Assembly: GCA_965242525.1 (NCBI GenBank)
Contig: OZ251459.1
Coordinates: 2,400,001 to 2,464,000 of the forward strand
DNA: 64,000 bases
Origin: an uncultured Candidatus Binatia bacterium
Lineage (GTDB): Bacteria; Desulfobacterota; Binatia; UBA9968; JAJDTQ01
Direction of reading: 5' to 3'
This document shows positions 39,914 through 48,130 of the stretch, in pieces. A program made the translations under genes and the position numbers. Every line of letters begins with the position of its first letter. Position 1 is the first letter of the stretch. The notes under the pieces were generated by a model that was not told the DNA's origin, did not search any database, and saw nothing but the letters and a program-made list of their open reading frames with translations.

Positions 39914-40093
39914 ATGGCAACCATCGCCGAGTTCGTCCTGCGGGTAGGGTTCGCCGTGGCGCTGATCTTCGCCTCGCCGTTTCTGCTGCTCTTCATCTTG
40001 AGCTACCAGGAACATCCCGAGTTGGCCTTGATGTCCGGCGGAATAGCTGCATGGCTGCTCATGAAGATCTTCGTGCCGCGGCGGTATCAGTGA
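39914..40093 (+). CDS. Small two-TM membrane protein (59 aa; moron 3)
   Basis: MATIAEFVLRVGFAVALIFASPFLLLFIL...; TTGACA(39878)-N17-TATTGG(39901), then 7 nt to ATG. Confidence 0.65.
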   Translation: MATIAEFVLRVGFAVALIFASPFLLLFILSYQEHPELALMSGGIAAWLLMKIFVPRRYQ

Positions 40094-40284
40094 TCCGCCT
40101 CATGTGACCTTCCGGTTCAGCGCATCATCGACCAAGACGAAGTACTCCAGCCCAACAAACGTCCTCCAGGACGGACCCGAGACCTACCTGCTCGCGCTGC
40201 ACCGCATGGAGGAATACATCCTCGCCGCCGCTCGCCGGAAACCGAAGAAAATCAGGCAGGGAAGTCGAAAAGCTGTTGAGATGA

Positions 40285-40355
40285 GGCGCTGGGCGGGCCA
40301 CAACCCCCGCGCTCGCCCGCAGGCATGAGAGTATTGCGAATATGCTTCCAGCGCC
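40285..40355 (-). ncRNA. Putative structured small RNA, copy 2 (71 nt)
   Basis: GGCGCTGG/CCAGCGCC terminal stem; promoter TTGACA(40391-40386)-N17-TAGGTT(40368-40363) 7 nt upstream. Confidence 0.6.
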
Positions 40356-40477
40356 AGCCCGGAACCTAACCCGGACCGCCGCAGTTGTCAATCAGAAGGT
40401 TGGCTTCTTGCGGCTTTTGTGTGGGCAGGATTTACGGCGTAGGTACGGCGAGGTTGAGGGAAGGAGTCGTCTACCGG

Positions 40478-40635
40478 GGAAGGCGTGGCCTTCGACCCCT
40501 AGCCGGGGCAGGAGCGGTTGGAGTGGCGGCGCTCCGGCAGGGTATTGCTACGTGGGAGTCGAGATCGACCCTCTATTTGCAGAGGTGGCTAGGCAGCAGC
40601 TATCTCTGATTGACAATGGCGACGGCCTGGTTTAG
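40478..40635 (+). pseudogene. Degenerate C-terminal fragment of a beta-class (N4/N6) DNA methyltransferase
   Basis: Across frameshifts: VAFDP-LAGAGAVGVAALRQG-YCYVGVEIDPLFAEVARQQL. Confidence 0.55.
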
Positions 40636-40645
40636 GTTCCGGGCT

Positions 40646-40711
40646 GGCGCTGGAAGCAGCACTACTCTCATGCCTGCGGGCGAGCGCGGGGATTGCGTCC
40701 CGCCCAGCGCC
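40646..40711 (+). ncRNA. Putative structured small RNA, copy 3 (66 nt)
   Basis: GGCGCTGG/CCAGCGCC stem; promoter TTGACA(40610)-N17-TAGGTT(40633) 7 nt upstream. Confidence 0.6.
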
Positions 40712-40775
40712 ACTTCCTCGCTTTTCAAGTTTCTCCTGCTCTCCCACCTTCTTCCATTTCCGGCGAGCGGCTCGG

Positions 40776-40804
40776 AGGTTCCCCCGCACGTGCGGGGATA
40801 GGCC
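40776..40804 (+). CRISPR. Solitary type I-E-like CRISPR repeat R3
   Basis: AGGTTCCCCCGCACGTGCGGGGATAGGCC, 29 nt. Confidence 0.65.
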
Positions 40805-40864
40805 TTTGGTTGCCGGGTCCGTGCTCGGACGTCGAGGACGTATTCGGAGTTTGCGGCCGGGAAT

Positions 40865-41296
40865 CTACGCTGCCCGGTCCTCGACCACGAGGCTGCGTCC
40901 GATGGCTCGCAGGGCCTTCTCCACTTGGCTGATGTGAGAGCGGTGGCCGGGGTTCAGCAGCTTGCGGACGGCGCCCTCGCTCAGCCCCAGGCGAGCGGCG
41001 AGGGCGACCTTGGTGACGCCTTGGCTGCGCATCGCCGAATAGAGGGCGACCTTGGCCGCGACGATGGGAGGAACCGCGACGAGTTCCTGGCCTTGGGCAG
41101 CGGCGCTTGGAGCCGGGACGTCCTCACGGCCATGAACGTAGGCGCTCAAGGCGGCCGCCAAGGCATCCTCGGCCATAGTCAGCGCCTCGGCCCGATCCTC
41201 GCCGCAGGTGAGCGCTTCAGGCACGTCCGGGAAAGAGACGGAGAAACCGCCGCCGTCCGCCTCGGGAGCCAGCACGCAGGGGTAGGCGTAGCGCAT
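40865..41296 (-). CDS. hicB: HicB family antitoxin with C-terminal HTH
   Basis: MRYAYP...GGFSVSFPDVPEALTCG...EAL.MAEDAL; VTKVALAARLG...RKLLNP. Confidence 0.88.
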   Translation of the reverse strand: MRYAYPCVLAPEADGGGFSVSFPDVPEALTCGEDRAEALTMAEDALAAALSAYVHGREDVPAPSAAAQGQELVAVPPIVAAKVALYSAMRSQGVTKVALAARLGLSEGAVRKLLNPGHRSHISQVEKALRAIGRSLVVEDRAA

Positions 41297-41457
41297 CAGA
41301 AGTCCTCCTTCGGGATGTCCAGTTGCTTCAGCATGGCCTGAAAGGCCCCAAGCTTCAGTTCTCCATGTTTGACGGTCGTGCGACGGTCGCCAACGTAGAG
41401 CACGCCATGGTTGCCCTTCCCGTGGCGTGGATCGAAACGGAACGGCTTTCCGACTTT
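41296..41457 (-). pseudogene. hicA: 5'-truncated HicA toxin
   Basis: FRFDPRHGKGNHGVLYVGDRRTTVKHGEL..GAFQAMLKQLDI*; TGATG overlap with hicB; in-frame TAA immediately upstream and no start codon before the motif. Confidence 0.7.
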
Positions 41458-41493
41458 TTAGAAGGCTTTGGCTACGGGAAGGGGAGAACCACC

Positions 41494-41748
41494 GTGACGG
41501 AGTTTGAAGCCGCAACGCTCGCACTACAGCAGCAACAGCTTTGGGCCGCTCTCGCCGTCCCCCTTGTCGCCCTCATTGTCGGAGCCGGGCAGGTCATCGT
41601 CGTCTCTGTCGGTATCCGGGTCATGCGGCGCACATCGGATCAGAGGGAGAAGCGCGAAGACGCCCGCCACGCCGAAGCGATGGAAGCGCTGCGACAGCAG
41701 GCCGAAGCCTTGCGCGTCCTCATCGAACGGACCGCGCCTCGCCGGTAA
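41494..41748 (+). CDS. Small TM + coiled-coil protein (paralogue A)
   Basis: GGGGAG RBS and GTG start; TM segment then REDARHAEAMEALRQQ...LIERT. Confidence 0.65.
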   Translation: MTEFEAATLALQQQQLWAALAVPLVALIVGAGQVIVVSVGIRVMRRTSDQREKREDARHAEAMEALRQQAEALRVLIERTAPRR

Positions 41749-41961
41749 CGGCCGGCGCCGCCGGGGAAGGGAGACAGCGCTACGGGAACCACCGGCCGCT
41801 ACGGCCCACGGAGACGGAAACCGAAGTAGCGGCCATGCCTGCGTTGGCAGGTCCGCCGCGGAAAACAAACCCTGCATTCGTCTCTGTCGGGGGAGTCGCA
41901 GACGGGTCGCGCCGCGCAACGATGGCCCCGGATTCTGCGGGCGGTTCCGGTGCGGCGGCGG

Positions 41962-42300
41962 TCATTGGCTGTCTCTCTTCGGCGATGTTCTCTCGATCAG
42001 GGTCTCCATGCCTCTGATGAGGCCCCGGAGAGATTCGTCCTGCTGCCGGAGAGATTCGCCCTGCTGCCGGAGCGCTTCCATGCTTTCGGCATGGTTGCTC
42101 CGGAGCACTTCCATGCTTTCGGTATGGTTGCTCCGGAGCGCTTCCATGCTTTCGGCATGGCGCTGGTCTTCGCGACGCGCCCGTTCCTCCGTGGACTGGC
42201 GCATCTGCCGCAAGCCTATGAGGATGGCCGTAACCGATCCCAAAGCGGCGACGGCGCTGATGCCCCGGAGAACGGTGTTGGCAAGCTCGTAGTCCGTCAT
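41962..42300 (-). CDS. Small TM + coiled-coil protein (paralogue B) with internal tandem repeats
   Basis: GGGAG RBS; REDQRHAESMEALR...LIERT; 33-bp x3 and 21-bp x2 in-frame repeats. Confidence 0.7.
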   Translation of the reverse strand: MTDYELANTVLRGISAVAALGSVTAILIGLRQMRQSTEERARREDQRHAESMEALRSNHTESMEVLRSNHAESMEALRQQGESLRQQDESLRGLIRGMETLIERTSPKRDSQ

Positions 42301-42471
42301 GTCCGTCTCCCTTCCTGCGATTGATAACACGCCCTGCATGGAACCACCACATGATCTACGGGAAACCCTGAACAACGGCCCGTTCGTCCTGAGCGAAGCG
42401 AAGCCGAAGGACGCGCTTGGCGAATCGAGAGTGCGCCAGCGTAGCGGCGAAAGCGCCCGCGGCGGACCCCG

Positions 42472-43088
42472 CTACGGCGCCAGGTCCAGGACGCGCCGGA
42501 CCCGGGTGGACACGTCGTTGCCGCGGGTCAGGTAGCCGATCATGGCCGCGGCGTCGGCGCCGCGGCGCCAGGCTTCGGGCGCGTTGTCCGCGGTGACGCC
42601 GCCGATGGCGACGATGGGGATGCGCACCCGGCGTCTTACGGACTCGAGCATGGGGAGGCCGCGGGACGAATAGCCGGTCTGCTTGGTTCGGGTGGCGAAC
42701 AGGGGGCCGAACCCGATGTAGTCGGCGCCGCCCTGTTCCGCCTGCTCCGCCTGGGCGAGGCTGTGGGTGGAGACGCCGACGAGTTTGCCGCCCATCAGGG
42801 GCCGGGCCGCTTCCAGGGGCAGGTCCTCCTGTCCCAGGTGCACCCCGTCGGCGTCCGCGGCCAGGGCGATGTCCAGCCGGTCGTTGACGATGAAGAGGCA
42901 ACCGGCCCGTGCGGTCCGTTCCCGCACGGTCAGGGCGGTGCGCAGGAACTCGCCTGCCGGCCGGTCCTTCAACCGCAACTGGAGCACCGAGACGCCGCCG
43001 GCGAGCATGGCGTCCACCACCCGGACCAGCGGGCGGCCCCCGGTCTGGTCCCCGTCCGCGATGGCGTAGAGCCGCGACCGCAGGCAGC

Positions 43089-43092
<4 letters not shown>
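42472..43092 (-). CDS. thiE: Thiamine-phosphate synthase
   Basis: QLRLK, IVNDRLD, GVHLGQEDL, GVSTH, ADYIGFGPLFATRTK, VAIGG. Confidence 0.93.
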
Positions 43093-44531
<1,439 letters not shown>

Positions 44532-44542
44532 GGCGGCTCGGT

Positions 44543-45667
44543 CTATCGGACGGGCAGCGAGACCCGGAACACCGACCCTTCGCCCGGCCGGCTCTCCACT
44601 CGCAGCCGGCCTCCGTGCTCCTCCACGGTGCGGTCGCAGATGGCGAGCCCGAGGCCGGTCCCGCGCCGCTTCCGGGTGAAGAACGGCGAGAAGACGTGGG
44701 GCAGGTCGGCTTCCTCGATGCCCGCGCCGTCGTCGCGGATGTCCACCCGCACGAACCGGGTGCGGCGGGAACGGCCGGTGCGGAGCGAGAAGTCGGTCTC
44801 CATGCAGGTGGTGACGGTCATGCACGCCGGCGCCGCCTGCAGCGCGTTCTCGACGAGGTTGAGGAAGACCTGGACCAGCCGGCCGCGGTCCCCGGCCACC
44901 GGCGGCAGGCTGGGGTCGAAGGAGCGCTGGATGCGCACCGACGCGGCGCCCGCGCTGTGCGCCTCCAGGCTCAGGACGTGCTCCAGCACCTCGTGGACGT
45001 TCAGGGGCTCCAGGCGGAGTTCCGCCGGACGCGCGAGGTCGAGGAGCTGGTCCAGCAGTTGGTCCACCCGGTCCACCTCGCGGATCATGATGTCGGTGTT
45101 CTCCGCCAGCGACGGGTCGTGGGCGACCTCCGAGCGGAGCAACTGGGCCGCTCCCCGGATCCCTCCCAGCGGGTTCCTGATCTCGTGGGCGAGGGCCGCG
45201 GCCAGCTTGCCCAGGAGGGCCAGGCGGTCGGACCGCCTCAGGTCTTCCTCCATGGCCTGTCTCAGGGTCCGGTCCCGCAACAGCAGGACGCTTCCCGCCA
45301 CCGCGCCGCGGCGGTCCCGAAGGGGCGAGACCAGGGCGCTGACCGGAACCCCCTTCCCGCGCTTCCCGCGCGGCCGGAAGAAGTCGTTCTCGGCGCGGCT
45401 CGTGCTCTCGTCCGATCCGAGGCTCTTCTCGACCATGTCGAGCAGCCACCGGTTGGCGCCGAAGAGGTCGCCGGCTGCCCGGCCCAGCATCTTTCGTGCG
45501 GACAGCCCGGCAAGGGTCTCCGCGGCTTGGTTCGTGAACGACACGGCCCGGGAGCAGTCCACCACCAGCACGGCGTCCTCCAGGCTGGTGAGCACGTTCT
45601 GCCAGGAGACCGCCGCGGAGACGTCGCGGGAATGCGGCGGGCGAGGCATGGGCTGTGGCGCGGTCAT
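44543..45667 (-). CDS. PAS sensor histidine kinase (NtrB-like)
   Basis: PAS domain, AHEIRNPLGGIRGAAQLL, NLVENA, DDGAGI, GTGLGL. Confidence 0.9.
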   Translation of the reverse strand: MTAPQPMPRPPHSRDVSAAVSWQNVLTSLEDAVLVVDCSRAVSFTNQAAETLAGLSARKMLGRAAGDLFGANRWLLDMVEKSLGSDESTSRAENDFFRPRGKRGKGVPVSALVSPLRDRRGAVAGSVLLLRDRTLRQAMEEDLRRSDRLALLGKLAAALAHEIRNPLGGIRGAAQLLRSEVAHDPSLAENTDIMIREVDRVDQLLDQLLDLARPAELRLEPLNVHEVLEHVLSLEAHSAGAASVRIQRSFDPSLPPVAGDRGRLVQVFLNLVENALQAAPACMTVTTCMETDFSLRTGRSRRTRFVRVDIRDDGAGIEEADLPHVFSPFFTRKRRGTGLGLAICDRTVEEHGGRLRVESRPGEGSVFRVSLPVR

Positions 45668-45766
45668 GGGCGGTTGCGGACGGCAGATGATAGCGAGTTC
45701 CCCTCTACGGGGCAACCGGCGGCAAGCTTGCATTCGGCCGTGCCAGTGTGTAAAACAACGGGCATC

Positions 45767-45790
45767 AGTGGGCAACTTGCCCGCTTTTTT
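45767..45790 (+). terminator. Hairpin plus U-tract in the rimP leader
   Basis: AGTGGGCA-ACT-TGCCCGCT-TTTTT 13 nt before the rimP ATG. Confidence 0.6.
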
Positions 45791-45803
45791 ATTTGAGGCG
45801 CCG

Positions 45804-46286
45804 ATGCCGACCGGGGAGACGCTGGATCGCCTGTGGGAGATGGTGGAGCCGTTGGCCGCGGGCCGGGGCCTGGAGGTGGTGGACATCGAGCTCCGGCACG
45901 AAGGGAGGTCGGGCCGCGTCCTGCGCGTGTACCTGGACAGGGCCGGGGAGCCGGACGAAGCCCCGGGGTTGGAGGATCTCGGCCGGGTGAGCCGGGAGCT
46001 TAGCGACCTTCTGGATGTGTATGACTTGGTGGCGGGTTCCTATACGCTGGAGGTTTCCTCCCCGGGCGTCAACCGCCCCCTCAGGAAGCCGGAGCATTTC
46101 GCCCGCTGCGTCGGACAGAGGGTCCGGGTCCATACCGGCGAGTCGATCGACGGCCGGAGGAACTTCCTGGGGCCGCTCCACGAGGCCGGGGGGGACGGCG
46201 TGGTGGTGTTGCAGGACGGGCGCGAGGTCTTCATCCCGTTCGGCCGCATCGTCAGGGCCAACGTCGAGTACGAGTGGGCGTCGTAG
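45804..46286 (+). CDS. rimP: Ribosome maturation factor
   Basis: LRVYLD, SRELSDLLDV, YTLEVSSPGVNRPL; first gene of the nusA-infB operon. Confidence 0.93.
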   Translation: MPTGETLDRLWEMVEPLAAGRGLEVVDIELRHEGRSGRVLRVYLDRAGEPDEAPGLEDLGRVSRELSDLLDVYDLVAGSYTLEVSSPGVNRPLRKPEHFARCVGQRVRVHTGESIDGRRNFLGPLHEAGGDGVVVLQDGREVFIPFGRIVRANVEYEWAS

Positions 46287-46319
46287 GCCGCGGGGCCGGG
46301 CCTCGTCAGGGGGAAAGAG

Positions 46320-47858
46320 ATGCAGCAGGATCTGAACCGGACCATCGAGCAGGTCACCAAGGAAAAGGGCATCGACAGGGAGGTCATCGTGGAGGCCCTC
46401 GAGTCCGCCATGGTGTCCGCGGCCAAGAAGACGTTCGGGGTGGACCGGAGTTTCGAGGCGCAGTACAACCCGGACATCGGCGAGATCGAGCTGTTCGAGG
46501 CCAAGGTTGTGGTGGAGGACGTGGAGGAGCCCGACACCCAGATCATGCTGAGCGAGGCCCGCGAGACGCTGGACCCGGACGTGGAGTTGGGCGACGAGCT
46601 GCTCATGAAGATCGACTCCACCGTGTTCGGCCGCATCGCGGCCCAGGCGGCCAAGCAGAACATCGTCCAGCGGGTGCGGGACGTGGAGCGCGAGATCGTC
46701 TTCAACCAGTTCAAGGACCGCCAGGGAGAGCTGATCCACGGCATCGTCCAACGCTTCGAGAAGAACAACCTCATCGTCAACCTGGGACGGACCAACGCCA
46801 TCCTGCCCGAGAAGGAGCAGGTCCCGCGGGAACGGTACCGGCAGGGGGACCGCATCCGGGCCTATATCGTCAGCGTCGAGATGACCACCCGGGGCCCCCA
46901 GATCGTCCTCTCGCGCACCCACCCGGGCATGCTCATCAAGCTGTTCGAGCAGGAGGTCCCCGAGATCTACGAAGGGATCGTCGAGGTCAAGGGGGCGGCG
47001 CGCGAGCCTGGCGGCCGGGCGAAGATCGCGGTGGCCTCCAACGACTCGGACGTGGATCCGGTGGGCGCCTGCGTGGGCATGAAGGGGACGCGGGTCCAGT
47101 CGGTGGTGCAGGAGTTGCGCGGAGAGAAGATCGACATCGTCCACTGGACGCCCGAGCAGGCGGAGTACGTCTGCCGGGCACTGGCTCCGGCCAAGGTCAA
47201 CAAGATCCTGCTGGACGACGACGCCCACAGCATGGAGGTCATCGTGCCGGACGAGCAGCTCTCGCTGGCCATCGGGCGCAAGGGACAGAACGTTCGGCTG
47301 GCCTCCCGCCTCACCGGATGGGGCATCGACGCGCGCAGCGAGTCCGAGGCCGAGGAGGAGAGCCGGATGGCCCGGCAGTCGCTGTCCGCCATCCCCGGCG
47401 TGAGCGAGGTCATGGCGGAGCTGCTCTACCAGTCGGGCTTCAAGTCGGCCGAAGACGTGACCGAGGCCGAGGCGTCGGTCATCACCGAGGTCACCGGCGT
47501 CGAGCTGGAGAAGGCGGCGGCCATACTCGATGCGGCCGCCAGGCACGTGGAGGAAGAGCGCGAGCGGGAGGCCCGTGAGGCGGAGCAGGCGGCCGCGGAG
47601 GCGGAAGCCGCGGCCGAGGCGGAGCAGGCCGCAGCCGACGAAGCGGAGCAGGCGGCAGACGAGGCAGGGTCGGCCGCGGCAGATGAGGCGGAACAGGCCG
47701 CGGCCGAATCAGAGCCGCCGGCAGACGAGGCAGTGGAGGCCGCGGCCGAAGCGGAACGGGCCGCGTCCGAGCCCCAGCCGGCCGCGGAGGGAGCCGAGGA
47801 GCCGGCCCCTGCCGAGGGCGAGGACGCCGCGGGACCGAGCCCGCAGCAAGGCGCGTGA
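46320..47858 (+). CDS. nusA: Transcription termination/antitermination factor
   Basis: FGRIAAQAAKQ, AREPGGRAKIAV, DPVGACVG, LAIGRKGQNVRLA; acidic Ala-rich tail. Confidence 0.97.
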   Translation: MQQDLNRTIEQVTKEKGIDREVIVEALESAMVSAAKKTFGVDRSFEAQYNPDIGEIELFEAKVVVEDVEEPDTQIMLSEARETLDPDVELGDELLMKIDSTVFGRIAAQAAKQNIVQRVRDVEREIVFNQFKDRQGELIHGIVQRFEKNNLIVNLGRTNAILPEKEQVPRERYRQGDRIRAYIVSVEMTTRGPQIVLSRTHPGMLIKLFEQEVPEIYEGIVEVKGAAREPGGRAKIAVASNDSDVDPVGACVGMKGTRVQSVVQELRGEKIDIVHWTPEQAEYVCRALAPAKVNKILLDDDAHSMEVIVPDEQLSLAIGRKGQNVRLASRLTGWGIDARSESEAEEESRMARQSLSAIPGVSEVMAELLYQSGFKSAEDVTEAEASVITEVTGVELEKAAAILDAAARHVEEEREREAREAEQAAAEAEAAAEAEQAAADEAEQAADEAGSAAADEAEQAAAESEPPADEAVEAAAEAERAASEPQPAAEGAEEPAPAEGEDAAGPSPQQGA

Positions 47859-48130
47859 AGCATGGGGTGAGCGCCCGTAAGCCCGTACGGACCTGTCTGG
47901 GTTGCGGCCGTCGTGACGAGAAGACCGTGCTGCTCCGGGTTGCGGTCACCGAGGACGGCCTTGCGCCCGAAGCGTCGAGGGGACGAGGAGGATACCTGCA
48001 TCGCAGCGAGGATTGTTGGGGAGCTTTCCTGAAGCGGAAGAGCGTCCATCGGGCGTTCCGCCGCGACGTGCCTCGCAGGGACCGGGAGGCGCTGGTGGGA
48101 AGGCTTCGCGCTCAATGGGGTGGGAAATGA
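47855..48130 (+). CDS. ylxR: YlxR/RnpM family protein
   Basis: [17 protein letters not shown]; between nusA and infB. Confidence 0.85.
   Translation: MKHGVSARKPVRTCLGCGRRDEKTVLLRVAVTEDGLAPEASRGRGGYLHRSEDCWGAFLKRKSVHRAFRRDVPRRDREALVGRLRAQWGGK

Noticed and set aside
38338-40711. tRNA-Met genes (CTCAT motif, acceptor-like stem)
   Set aside because: No D-arm consensus, no stem around the CAT and no TTCRA T-loop; kept as an unknown structured RNA.
37791-40804. Canonical CRISPR array
   Set aside because: Repeats are 1.2-1.8 kb apart with no ~32-nt spacers, leader or cas genes; reported as solitary repeats instead.
45716-45746. Sigma54 promoter near the NtrBC-like genes
   Set aside because: TGGCAC on the minus strand has GG-N11-GC spacing, and the plus-strand GG-N10-GC candidate lacks a good -24 box.
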